Shown: piece by piece, positions 25,013-34,733 of the stretch
Position numbering within the stretch: the stretch's first letter is position 1
Layout of the letters: each line of letters begins with the position of its first letter
IMG/VR virus record: IMGVR_UViG_3300027790_000010
Location: 1-44,714 of that record
Origin: a virus
Lineage: Duplodnaviria; Caudoviricetes
Length of the DNA: 44,714 bases
Direction: 5' to 3' (one strand)
Position numbers and translations under genes: made by a program
The notes under the pieces: model-generated
Databases searched by the model: none
Seen by the model: only the letters and a program-made list of their open reading frames with translations
Told to the model about the DNA's origin: nothing

Positions 25013-26182
25013 ATGGCTGGCCTCCCAACCACTGAAGCAGCACGCACCCTCAACACGATGGTGACGTCTGCGCTGGACGAATACTCCGGCGACCCTGCAA
25101 ACTTCGTCAACGACGGCGGGTTCCTTATCATGGCGATGCTTGCCAACAACGGCCGCATCTTCAAGGTCAATGACGCAGAGCGCGTCGAACACCCTGTCCG
25201 TCACGGCGCCGATGCCGAGACGCAGACCCGCTATGTCGGCGACACCTTCGCAGGTGCCTCTAACAACTTCGGCCACGCACAAGCCGAGACCCTGACCAAG
25301 GCGCTCTTCACCATGAAGAACGTCACGGGCAACCTCAACATCCCCCAGAGCCTCCTCGACCGTCCCTCACGTCTCGCTATGTCCGATGTCCAGTACATCG
25401 TCAAGCGTTACATGGAGAACATCTTCGAGGAAGAAGAGATGTACCTGCTGCGTGGCGGCCCGTTGGCTACCTCTGATGAGGACCATATCGGCCCTTACAG
25501 CGGCGACGCACACTACTCAGCTACCTTAGGCTCAATGTCCCTCCTAGGGCTCATGGCTATCGGCGCGGGCACTACGCCCAATCCCGATACTGAGAAGTTC
25601 GGTAACATCGACTGTGACGCGACTGGCGACGGTGACGTTCGCTGGAAACCTCAGCTCTTCCAGGCGACCAACGCCGCACCTGCCACCTCGGCAGAACTCG
25701 CCGTGTTCCTGAACGACTGGGAACGAGCGATCCGCAAGACTTCCAAGTTCGGCGGCATCGAGAAGCCTACCCACGGCCTCATCACTGAGGGCCTGAACGA
25801 CGTCTTCGTCAAGGCACTCCGCGATAAGACGAACATCAACGACTCGGTCGTCAAGGACATGGGTGGTAACGATGTCATCCCGTTCCGCAACGTCAACTTC
25901 ATGTGGTCGCAGTACCTTGAGAAGGACACCTTGTGGGATATCACCGCAGAGACTACCGCAGAGTGCCCAGCACTGTTGCTGAACCTCAACTCCCTCCGCT
26001 TGAACCTCGCCCACGGCGGCGGTGTCAACGAGGAAGGCGGGTTCGTTAAGCAAATCTCTGAGCTGGCCCCTCACCCGAAGGAGACCAACTGGTTCAGCCG
26101 TACCCAGTACAAGTATTGCTACTCGCTGGATAACGGTCGCCGCAGTTTCGCGCAAATCGAAGGTTGGACCGTAGCTAACTAA
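25013..26182 (+). CDS. Major capsid protein
   Basis: 389 aa; position after scaffold; biased codon usage suggesting high expression. Confidence 0.8.
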   Translation: MAGLPTTEAARTLNTMVTSALDEYSGDPANFVNDGGFLIMAMLANNGRIFKVNDAERVEHPVRHGADAETQTRYVGDTFAGASNNFGHAQAETLTKALFTMKNVTGNLNIPQSLLDRPSRLAMSDVQYIVKRYMENIFEEEEMYLLRGGPLATSDEDHIGPYSGDAHYSATLGSMSLLGLMAIGAGTTPNPDTEKFGNIDCDATGDGDVRWKPQLFQATNAAPATSAELAVFLNDWERAIRKTSKFGGIEKPTHGLITEGLNDVFVKALRDKTNINDSVVKDMGGNDVIPFRNVNFMWSQYLEKDTLWDITAETTAECPALLLNLNSLRLNLAHGGGVNEEGGFVKQISELAPHPKETNWFSRTQYKYCYSLDNGRRSFAQIEGWTVAN

Positions 26183-26997
26183 TGGCCACCGTTCAAGCAC
26201 TCCGCACACGCCTTGCCCGCCGGCTTGGCCTGAGCACGCTCACCTCACTCGAGCAGGAGCGCTTGAACGAGGCTCTCTACGCAGGGCTGGCCAGGGTATA
26301 CCAAGACGGTTCCCCTGGCTACGCCCACTCCGAGTTGACGGCGGAAACCTTCGGGTCCTCCGCCGTCACCGTTTCGGCCCACACGGCCAACACGTCGTCG
26401 ATCACACTCAGTGCGATCCCGACAGGTACAGCAGTCGGCGATGTCCTCGTCATCGGCTCTAAGTCGTGGCTCATCTACGACTATGGCTCGCTGAACATCG
26501 ACGTCGGCGCCGCCATCAAGGCTTCGCTGACCGGCGAGACCGGTACGATTTATCACCGCTCAGTGCAACTGCCAACTACCGGCAGCGTCCTAGAGGTGCT
26601 CGACCTGACCAACAACACGCCGCTCGCCCACGAGCCGGGCGGCCTCACGAAGTACGGCCTCAAGCTAGTCAGCCAGCCGTGCTCCTATGAACAACACTAT
26701 TCACGCCAGGGCGGAACCGCCTATGTGTCCCTGTGGCCTGTCCCTTCAGGGGCTATCCAACTGGCGATCAAGCAGGGCTACAATCTCGACGAGATCAGCA
26801 CTGACACCGAAATCGAGGCAACCGAGCCGTTCTTCGACCGCGTCCTAGAGTACGCCGTCCTATCGTGGCGCGGCTGGCAAACGGGCGCCCCGCTGAAGGC
26901 AACCCGCGATGCCGTCAACGATGCCGACACGGCCGCCAAGAGTGGCGCGTCGAGTTCCAAGCCGCAATCTCGTTCAGGGTTCCGTAACCGACTGTAA
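26182..26997 (+). CDS. Head-tail adaptor (tail tubular protein A-like)
   Basis: N-terminal T...LR......L...LNE helix, LWPVP motif, position after capsid. Confidence 0.7.
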   Translation: MATVQALRTRLARRLGLSTLTSLEQERLNEALYAGLARVYQDGSPGYAHSELTAETFGSSAVTVSAHTANTSSITLSAIPTGTAVGDVLVIGSKSWLIYDYGSLNIDVGAAIKASLTGETGTIYHRSVQLPTTGSVLEVLDLTNNTPLAHEPGGLTKYGLKLVSQPCSYEQHYSRQGGTAYVSLWPVPSGAIQLAIKQGYNLDEISTDTEIEATEPFFDRVLEYAVLSWRGWQTGAPLKATRDAVNDADTAAKSGASSSKPQSRSGFRNRL

Positions 26998-27560
26998 TGG
27001 CCGATTGCGATTGCTCTGGACTGTGTTGCTGCGACCTAACGCCGCACCCCGATGACCGCCTCACCTACACAGGGTCGAAGGCCGAGGGCAAGCGTTACCA
27101 GCTAATCTCGGGGTCCTGCCACGTCGAGTTCGTCGAAGCCTGTCTCCACACTGGCGCCGAGACGGCCCCAGTCGTTGTCAAGCTGTTCACCACTCCAGAG
27201 CCTACCGATGCTGATGAGGACCTCAACGTGTGGAACCTCGTCCTCGGTAAGAATAACGGCTCTAGTGCTTGGACGCCCGACCTATTCGCCGGCCACTACT
27301 TCCCCAACGGAATCTTCGCCGAGGTCATGTCCACGGACACCACGGCCGAGGTCATCATCAACGCCGTCTACTACCGCCGCGACACTTATATCCCGGCCCT
27401 GGTAGAGCGCCCCAATGTCCGACGCGGGCGCCTTTGGCAGTGTTACAACAACACCGACTACGGCGACAACTTCCCTGACGGCTCCGAGGGCGACGATTAC
27501 AGCGACACTACCTCGTCCAGCACCCCTGGCTCTGGAACGGGCGAACCCTTCATCGACTAA
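26997..27560 (+). CDS. Hypothetical tail-module protein with Cys-rich N-terminus
   Basis: TAATG-coupled on both sides. Confidence 0.6.
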   Translation: MADCDCSGLCCCDLTPHPDDRLTYTGSKAEGKRYQLISGSCHVEFVEACLHTGAETAPVVVKLFTTPEPTDADEDLNVWNLVLGKNNGSSAWTPDLFAGHYFPNGIFAEVMSTDTTAEVIINAVYYRRDTYIPALVERPNVRRGRLWQCYNNTDYGDNFPDGSEGDDYSDTTSSSTPGSGTGEPFID

Positions 27561-30500
27561 TGGCCCGCGCCCGCTTCGACCACCTACCCATGCACCGGAA
27601 AGCCTCGGCTTCCGGGAGCAGCCCGTTGACAGAGCCGGGCGCGATCTACGAGAAATGTGAGATCGAGCCGAATAGTGAGGAGGTCACGCGGCGCCTCGGG
27701 TCGGAGCGCCAAGCGCAGTACGCCCAAGCCCTCGGCATCGTTTGTGGCGCTAAGGGCAGCTTCGTCGCCAACGACGACCAAGTGACCCTAACCGGTAACT
27801 GGTCCGTCGGCTTCAGTGCCAACGTCGGCGATGTGGCCGAGGACACGGGAGAATGGACCCTACTGTTCGGCGGCAACACGGCTGAGACGACGACGGACAA
27901 CTCATTTAGGGTTTACCTCAAACGTGAGGGCGCGGTCTACAACGCCTACCTCACGTTCACCGACGGCTCGGGAACGGCCGAATCGCCCACCGCCATCGCC
28001 GTCACGCCAGGCGACAACGTTGACTTCCTCATCACGAAGAGTGGTACGACCGTCACGCTGAACGTCGACGCATCTACCCAGAGCACCACGCTCGCCGGCA
28101 CCTACACCCTAAGCGGCGTACAGCTCCAGCTCGGTGGCACCCACAAGCTGACGACTCGTCCTAAGGGAAAGGCGCCAGTCCTGGACAACTTCCATGTGTG
28201 GGCATCCGTAGTAACTACGGCCGTCTACCAGGACCGCTCACCGACGGGCACTCCATTCCTGTCAGTGCTACCCTCGGACCTCGGCAGCTTCATCTTCGAG
28301 CCTGCCACCTCCAACGCGCCGTTGATTTTCCACCCGGCGCCGCCCCAGCTCCTTGATTCAAAGTTGCACTTTAGTGGTTATGGCGGCGCTACTCGCGTTC
28401 CATTCCGCAGCATTTTTCAGCGTTACTTCCAAACGGCCACGGAGGGCGCGTCGTCGCAAAAGTTCGCGTTCCGGGTCAAAGGGCGCCGCAAGTTCCTGAC
28501 GGCCACCGAGCGGACGCTGATCGACTTCGGCTCTGACACCGAGGGCTTCTGTTATCTCACGACGGGCTCTACGGCAGGCAAGCCGGAGTTCACCTACAAC
28601 GGCACGACGATCACCTACACAGGGACGGCCATCGCCGAGAACGCCGACTTCAGCATCATCGTTGGCTGCGACGGCACCGACCTCTACATGCAGGTCGATG
28701 GCACCGAGGAAACGGCCACCGCCCCCGACGCGCCTTACCTCGACTACGAGCGGATCCCCGACCTCTACATCGGCAACGATGAGGACCCGACGGCGGACCT
28801 AGGGTTCCACGGCTACCTCACGGCCGTCGAGTTCTTCGACTACGCCTTCCGCGAGGACACGTCGACGGAGGTTGAACCCGCGTTCGCCCTAGATGTCAGT
28901 GGCGATTACCTCAGGGATAAGTCCCGCAACCGGGTCGCGGTCGAGGCGATCAGCCATGCGTCGACTGAGGGCCACCCTTATTACGCTCCAGGGCCACTCA
29001 CCGACCAGTCTTTCGTTGGCGTCGAGTCGGAAGTGATCTTCGGGCCGGGCGCCTTGGGTTATACTGGCGCCTACAAGGAGCCACAAACCTCCGACGTCTC
29101 CGGGGTCCGCTCGGGCGACCGGGCGTTCGTCCATAGCGGCGACAACATCCACGTTTTCAACTCAGAGCTAAACCAGGTCCGACCCCTCGGCCTGCCGATC
29201 CCAGAGTCCGATGTCTCGGTGCAGTCCGTTGGCACGGGTGCACTGGATGGCGCCTACGACTACGGCTATCGCTGGGTGAGCCAAGACGGCACATTCGGCC
29301 CGTTGAAGCGCCTGAAGCCTGTCAAGGCGACCGGCCAAGCATCAGTGCTCATCGGCGCCGGCGATGCTGATGGTGAGGAAGAACGCCGCGAACTCGGCGA
29401 ATCCTACGGTCTAGCCCCCAGCGGGTCCGCTTCGTGGTTCACCATGACCGACTCGGCGGACGGTATCAGTGCATCCGGCAACACCGGGTACTCCGTCGAG
29501 ACCTACCTCCGGTTCCCGGATTTCGACGACCTCGAGGAGCTGGTCAGCGACCGTGGCTCAACGGCCAACTTCACTGACGAGCCGACGATCTGCGTCGAGC
29601 CCGACACGCCCATCGACATCGACCCGAACTCGGACTTCTGCCTCCAGTTCGCCTTTAAGTATGACCGCTCAGTGCTGTCAGGGGAAACTCGTAGCTCGCA
29701 GGGCATCATGGCTATCGGCCACGAAGACCCTGGGCCGACCACCCGCTCTATTATGCTGTTCCTCGACGAGGATAGCACCTACGGCGGTGAGGACGGTGCG
29801 GCACCTGCTCGCCCGCGAATGGTGTTCGCCCGCAGTCTCGGCCTCAAGGATAGCCGCTACCGCTACCTCATCTTCAACAGTGCCGCCGACGAAGGCGACG
29901 ACTCTGGGCTCTGGGTTGACGGACAGGTTTACAGTGTTACTGTGGTCCGCGACGGCGAAGACCTCCGCATCCACGTCTACGATAAGACCAACACGACCTG
30001 GCACGACTTTGAGGGCGGCGAATGTGTCGGCTTCTTCAGCGGCTACGACTTCCCCCAACAGAAGATTGACTTCAGGGTATCCAACGTAGCGTTCCGTAAG
30101 ACTGGCTCTAGTGGTGACCACTTTGAGGGTGTCGCCAACCTACCGACCGCCAACAGCGGTACCAACTACACGTCAGGCGGCGTTGCCGGAACCCACGGCT
30201 ACATCGATTATGGCACTGCCGCAGGTAGTCGCGCCGCTAACCGCCTAGGGTGGATGGACCGAGGTACCGCCTTACTCCACGCTCGCGCCTGGTCCCGTTC
30301 GTGGCCGAAAGCTACGATCCACTTTGAGAGCCTCAAGCGTTTCGCTGGTACCGCCGGCGGGCCGATGAGCGACCGCATCAAGTCCGACGTCGGTTTCTTC
30401 AACGAGGACCCGGCCATCAACCCGTCGAAGTTCTACGATAAGGCTGCCGGCCAATACTGGCGAGTCTACAAGGCCGACACCGACGACGGCGGTATCAAGA

Positions 30501-32215
30501 ACCCGACGCGGGGGAGCTGCACCCAGATCGCCGGTACCCCCACCGAGTTCGATGGGGTCGTCATCACCGACACGGGTGTATCAGGGCTCGGCGCAACCCA
30601 TTACCGGGTGTTCGCCTCAAGTCTCGGAAACGGCTCGCTGGTATTCACCACCAACGAGGCATCCTACGTCCTCGCCACGAAGCTCTGGGATGACACCGCC
30701 AGTGCCTCCTACGTTAAGCCGCTGTCCGACGTCGGCATCGACCCGCAGCAGTTCAACTGGTTCTCGACGACCGTTGCGTTCATCCTTAACAGCGGCGACT
30801 TCGAGGTCAACATCCTCGACCTGGATGTCAACGGCAACCGCGTATTTGATGCCTCCCTCGGCGCTTACAGTACTCCCCTAGAGCGCGGCACCGAGAACCT
30901 AATCGTCTACCTCGGCGGTTTCACGGGAAACAACGACGGCAACACCCACATTGGCGAGTTCCGGCTCTGGTCGAAGAACCGCTATGACGACGCCTCCGAG
31001 ACCTACGATTTCCTCACAGGGCGCGTCAAGAACTCAGAGCGTTCGGACCTCTACTTCTACGCCACCTTCGAGCCGGCCGATGAGGTCAGCTCGTCGACCT
31101 ACAACCACCACGGCTCGTTGTCCAGCGACCTGCTGACGCTCGTTGCTAGTGCATCCATCGTCGACACCCGCGACAGCAACACCTCCGGCGGTGCTACTGA
31201 CCCGGCGCCAGCCATCGGCATCCCGAAGCCGCCCTACGAGTACATCACCGCCGTCGAGTTGTTCCGCACCCAGGGCTACCCGATTAACGACCCGCAGGAC
31301 GAAGGCGAAGTCCAGACGGCCCTCAACGCCGTCCGAGGGAACCCCCTCTACCGCCTGGCCCGGCTCCCTGCCGGTGACCCATCCTACGTCGACATCTCGC
31401 CCGACGATGGCCTCGGCTTCTCAGAGCAGGAGGCCACCGGCTTCCTCCCCGAGAAACCTAACGGCGTCGGCATCTGGCAGGATCAGCTCTTGGTCTGGCG
31501 CGACAACGACATCTTCTTCTCAGAGCCCGGCCCCTACGGCTGGGACAGCTACCCCACATGGCTGCGCTACCCGGTGCCCTCCCCCAAGAGCGGCTCTGAT
31601 ATCGTCGCGGCCGTTGAGGTGCAAGACGCGCTCCTCGTCTGCGGCAAATCGTGGGCGACCCTCCTGACCAACGCCCCATCTAGGCCCCGCGCCCTCGACC
31701 TCGGCACCGGTGCCGGCGTCCAATCGGCCAGCGCCCTCGTAACCCACGGCGGCATGGCTTACGGCCTCGGCAAGGGTAAAATCTGGCGCCTCGCTCAGGG
31801 CACCATCGACGACGGCTTCGGCCTTCCAGTGCAAGACCTGATCCCGGCCGCCGGGCGACTCGCTGTCTCCGGGGATCTATCGAGTCTCCTGGTCATCGAC
31901 ACTGCCTCCGATAAGGTCCTCCGCTTCCACTTCCCGACCCAGCAGTGGTCGACCGAGGAGCGCGATGCCCTGGCGATGGGGGATGTCGACGGCACCGCGA
32001 CCTGGATTCACGGCTCGGGGACCTACTCCACCTCGTCGACAACAATCTACGCCGACGACGTAACTACCTTGACTAATGGCGTCACAACTGGTACCATAGC
32101 TAGTGCCAGCACGATTAGCCTCTCGGCCGATCCGCAAGCCCCAGTCGGCTCGCGGGTGCTCGTGGTAGACGAGAATGGTAACGAGGTCTCGGCCCGAGTG
32201 GTCAGCTACACCTAA
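27560..32215 (+). CDS. Large tail protein (nozzle/tubular B-like with ConA/LamG-like inserts)
   Basis: 1551 aa; IGEFRLWS and LYIGN LamG-like strands; IFFSEPG..WDSYP propeller-like segment. Confidence 0.7.
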   Translation: MARARFDHLPMHRKASASGSSPLTEPGAIYEKCEIEPNSEEVTRRLGSERQAQYAQALGIVCGAKGSFVANDDQVTLTGNWSVGFSANVGDVAEDTGEWTLLFGGNTAETTTDNSFRVYLKREGAVYNAYLTFTDGSGTAESPTAIAVTPGDNVDFLITKSGTTVTLNVDASTQSTTLAGTYTLSGVQLQLGGTHKLTTRPKGKAPVLDNFHVWASVVTTAVYQDRSPTGTPFLSVLPSDLGSFIFEPATSNAPLIFHPAPPQLLDSKLHFSGYGGATRVPFRSIFQRYFQTATEGASSQKFAFRVKGRRKFLTATERTLIDFGSDTEGFCYLTTGSTAGKPEFTYNGTTITYTGTAIAENADFSIIVGCDGTDLYMQVDGTEETATAPDAPYLDYERIPDLYIGNDEDPTADLGFHGYLTAVEFFDYAFREDTSTEVEPAFALDVSGDYLRDKSRNRVAVEAISHASTEGHPYYAPGPLTDQSFVGVESEVIFGPGALGYTGAYKEPQTSDVSGVRSGDRAFVHSGDNIHVFNSELNQVRPLGLPIPESDVSVQSVGTGALDGAYDYGYRWVSQDGTFGPLKRLKPVKATGQASVLIGAGDADGEEERRELGESYGLAPSGSASWFTMTDSADGISASGNTGYSVETYLRFPDFDDLEELVSDRGSTANFTDEPTICVEPDTPIDIDPNSDFCLQFAFKYDRSVLSGETRSSQGIMAIGHEDPGPTTRSIMLFLDEDSTYGGEDGAAPARPRMVFARSLGLKDSRYRYLIFNSAADEGDDSGLWVDGQVYSVTVVRDGEDLRIHVYDKTNTTWHDFEGGECVGFFSGYDFPQQKIDFRVSNVAFRKTGSSGDHFEGVANLPTANSGTNYTSGGVAGTHGYIDYGTAAGSRAANRLGWMDRGTALLHARAWSRSWPKATIHFESLKRFAGTAGGPMSDRIKSDVGFFNEDPAINPSKFYDKAAGQYWRVYKADTDDGGIKNPTRGSCTQIAGTPTEFDGVVITDTGVSGLGATHYRVFASSLGNGSLVFTTNEASYVLATKLWDDTASASYVKPLSDVGIDPQQFNWFSTTVAFILNSGDFEVNILDLDVNGNRVFDASLGAYSTPLERGTENLIVYLGGFTGNNDGNTHIGEFRLWSKNRYDDASETYDFLTGRVKNSERSDLYFYATFEPADEVSSSTYNHHGSLSSDLLTLVASASIVDTRDSNTSGGATDPAPAIGIPKPPYEYITAVELFRTQGYPINDPQDEGEVQTALNAVRGNPLYRLARLPAGDPSYVDISPDDGLGFSEQEATGFLPEKPNGVGIWQDQLLVWRDNDIFFSEPGPYGWDSYPTWLRYPVPSPKSGSDIVAAVEVQDALLVCGKSWATLLTNAPSRPRALDLGTGAGVQSASALVTHGGMAYGLGKGKIWRLAQGTIDDGFGLPVQDLIPAAGRLAVSGDLSSLLVIDTASDKVLRFHFPTQQWSTEERDALAMGDVDGTATWIHGSGTYSTSSTTIYADDVTTLTNGVTTGTIASASTISLSADPQAPVGSRVLVVDENGNEVSARVVSYT

Positions 32216-33825
32216 TGGCAATCTCCGACCAACTGACCAGGGTTTTCCTTGGAACCGAAGATCCGCTAACGGAGCAGGACGCGGCGTGGATTGCTGCGAA
32301 TGCTGGGGCGGTCCTCTTTGGTCGGGCGTTCACTGATACCCAGCGGGCGGAATATGATGGCGGCTCTACGCAACTAGGGCAGTACACGAACTTCACGACG
32401 ATGCTCAAGACCGAGTACACGTCGTGGGTCGCCACCTATGGCGCCGCCCAGATCGACGCTTACCTCGCATCAGATAGTCTAGGCCAAACCTACGGCCATA
32501 TCAACGGCGGAACCGAATATCTTTGCGACTTCAGCAACACCGATTGGCTTGACTTCCGCCTAGAGCGAACCCCCGGCTGGGACGCCATTGGAAAGCTGGG
32601 CTCGACCAACCTCGACACGATCTCGATGGATCTGTGTCCGCTGTACCCGACCTCCAACTTGGTCGGCACTCAGGGCAACCCCTACGCGGACCTCGCCACC
32701 TGGAAGTCCAACATGATCGCGGCGGTCACCTACGTCCGCGCTCGAGTTGACTCTGGGATTGCCATTCTGTGCAACGGACTTAGGGAGTTCCTCTCAGAGC
32801 CAGGGTTCCAATCGGACCCGGCCTCCTTCGAGGACTACGACGGCACCGATCTAGTCGACCCTGGCACCGTCGCCGACGCGGTAAACATCGAGGCCAGCAT
32901 CGACTATGACAGTTCGCCCGGCTTCGAGTGGCTCTACTCATTGAGGGCCATCTACCGGTGCTCGAATGCCAGCAAGCTCGCCGTCGCGGCCTTCTCGACG
33001 GACACTAGTGCAGAGCCCCAATCCGAGGCCGAAGTCCAGCGCCGCGTCAACAACCTCGTCTCGTATGCGCTAGTCCACAAGCCGAGTTACACCCTATTCG
33101 TCGACCGGTCGAGCAACTCTTTTTCGCCCTACCCAGTGCAGACGTTCCCAGAGATGGGCGTCCAACTAGGTACCCCGGTCGAGGCTGTCCACGACAACTT
33201 CACCAGCTACGACACGCCAACCCAGGGCCTCATCACCCGGACGTTCACGGGGGGCGACGCGCCCTACGCGGTAGTGTTCAACTACTCGACGGGCACCATT
33301 GCCATGCCGTCGACTTACCTCTCGGGCTATGAGCAGATCCGGCCCAACGGCTACACTGAGGTAACGGGCGGCACGACCCAGGCCGCAATGGTCACGGCAG
33401 CAGTGCCGACAACCGTCGCGCCCGGCGAAGGCTTCATCATGCAGCCCCAGTCGGGAACCCTGACCGTCACGACCGACTCGTTGACGCAGCTCACGGGCGC
33501 CTGCACCGTTTACTTCGGGGTCGGCCCTACGGGTATGCTCCTCGACACCGGTGAGTTCACTGTCGGCCAAGATCGCGCCGAGGTCATGCCGTCGTTGGAC
33601 CTCCAGGACGGCACCGACTGGGAAGTGGCTGTGTCGGGTAAGGACCAACCCGGCGACCGCAGCGACCGCTCTAGCCTAGAGTTCGTCGCCACCACCGCCG
33701 GCGCACAAGAGGTTGGCACTGGCGGCCAAGGTCGCTGGGTCCGGGTCGTCATCAGGGCTCACTCCCCCGAACTCCACCGCATCGGCGCGGCTGAAATGAA
33801 GATCAACTTCCACGATGACCGCTAA
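32215..33825 (+). CDS. Putative glycoside hydrolase-like (GHL15-like) tail protein with a nozzle-like C-terminus
   Basis: PE....LGTP.........G...RTF.....V.N pattern; C-terminal GRWVRVVI strand. Confidence 0.55.
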   Translation: MAISDQLTRVFLGTEDPLTEQDAAWIAANAGAVLFGRAFTDTQRAEYDGGSTQLGQYTNFTTMLKTEYTSWVATYGAAQIDAYLASDSLGQTYGHINGGTEYLCDFSNTDWLDFRLERTPGWDAIGKLGSTNLDTISMDLCPLYPTSNLVGTQGNPYADLATWKSNMIAAVTYVRARVDSGIAILCNGLREFLSEPGFQSDPASFEDYDGTDLVDPGTVADAVNIEASIDYDSSPGFEWLYSLRAIYRCSNASKLAVAAFSTDTSAEPQSEAEVQRRVNNLVSYALVHKPSYTLFVDRSSNSFSPYPVQTFPEMGVQLGTPVEAVHDNFTSYDTPTQGLITRTFTGGDAPYAVVFNYSTGTIAMPSTYLSGYEQIRPNGYTEVTGGTTQAAMVTAAVPTTVAPGEGFIMQPQSGTLTVTTDSLTQLTGACTVYFGVGPTGMLLDTGEFTVGQDRAEVMPSLDLQDGTDWEVAVSGKDQPGDRSDRSSLEFVATTAGAQEVGTGGQGRWVRVVIRAHSPELHRIGAAEMKINFHDDR

Positions 33826-34063
33826 ACGCCACATCCCGCCACCCGACGCCGCAAACCACGGGGCGACCGCCGACGAGGGGGTTGTCCTTCGCGCCGTGTC
33901 TAAGGGCGTCGGCGTCCCCGTCGAAGTTCGCAACCCTTTAGGGCCTCCCCCGAAGCGCGTCGTTAGTGGCGCCGGCGAGGTCAAGCCCGAGGGTGGCCGC
34001 CTTTACATCGTTCCCTCTGTTGCCACTGATGGTGACGAGTTCTCGCTGACTGTTGAATACTAA
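33815..34063 (+). CDS. Small tail-module protein
   Basis: Coupled 82-aa ORF. Confidence 0.55.
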   Translation: MTAKRHIPPPDAANHGATADEGVVLRAVSKGVGVPVEVRNPLGPPPKRVVSGAGEVKPEGGRLYIVPSVATDGDEFSLTVEY

Positions 34064-34731
34064 TGGGCATCTTCGACTCACTCGCAAACATCTACAAGGG
34101 CCCCAACGGAGCCTTCGTTGAGGACCTATTCGGCGGCTCTAGCAATGGTGGACCTCGCCGCGTCCCTAGCCGCGATGAAGGGGTTAGCCCAGCCGTCCCC
34201 CTCGAGAACCTCGCCCAGCGAGTCGAGGACAAGGCCGACCAGCGCGATCCGGTCTTCGAGCAAGCACTAGCCCAAGCCCTGCGCGAGCAAGGCCAGGCAT
34301 CGGTCGAGCAAACCGAGCAGGCGACAGGCATCACTGGCGCCGCCCAGGTCCAGCAGTCGTTGTCGCAGTTCCTTCAGAGCCAGGGCCAAGCGGCTGCCGC
34401 TGCCCAGGCCCAGCGCGTCGAACAAGAGCGGGCGCTCCTCGGCCTCCAGGCGCAACTCCTCGGCCAGGCGGGGCAGCTCCGAGAGCAACGCTTCGAGACG
34501 AACCAGCGCCACCAGGAGTTCTTGATGCAGTTGAAGGCGCAGCAGGACGCACAAGACGGGAACCTGGCAGCGACCATCGCAGGCGGCGCTATCAGTGCAT
34601 TCGCGGCCGGCGGGTTTGGCGGACTACTAGGCGGTGCGGCCACTGAAGCCGTCGCGCCAACTACCACGCCTAGCACCTTCGCCCCTCAAGCCTACCTCCA
34701 AAATCTCTTCGGGGCAATCCGGGGTAACTAA
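34063..34731 (+). CDS. Internal virion (ejection) protein, small
   Basis: Q/A-rich coiled coil plus a Gly/Ala hydrophobic segment. Confidence 0.65.
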   Translation: MGIFDSLANIYKGPNGAFVEDLFGGSSNGGPRRVPSRDEGVSPAVPLENLAQRVEDKADQRDPVFEQALAQALREQGQASVEQTEQATGITGAAQVQQSLSQFLQSQGQAAAAAQAQRVEQERALLGLQAQLLGQAGQLREQRFETNQRHQEFLMQLKAQQDAQDGNLAATIAGGAISAFAAGGFGGLLGGAATEAVAPTTTPSTFAPQAYLQNLFGAIRGN

Positions 34732-34733
34732 CA

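Noticed and set aside
32213-33450. Self-splicing intron in the tail gene
   Set aside because: The insert is coding from end to end with no room for a ribozyme core, and the junctions do not fit the group I U/G rule in frame.
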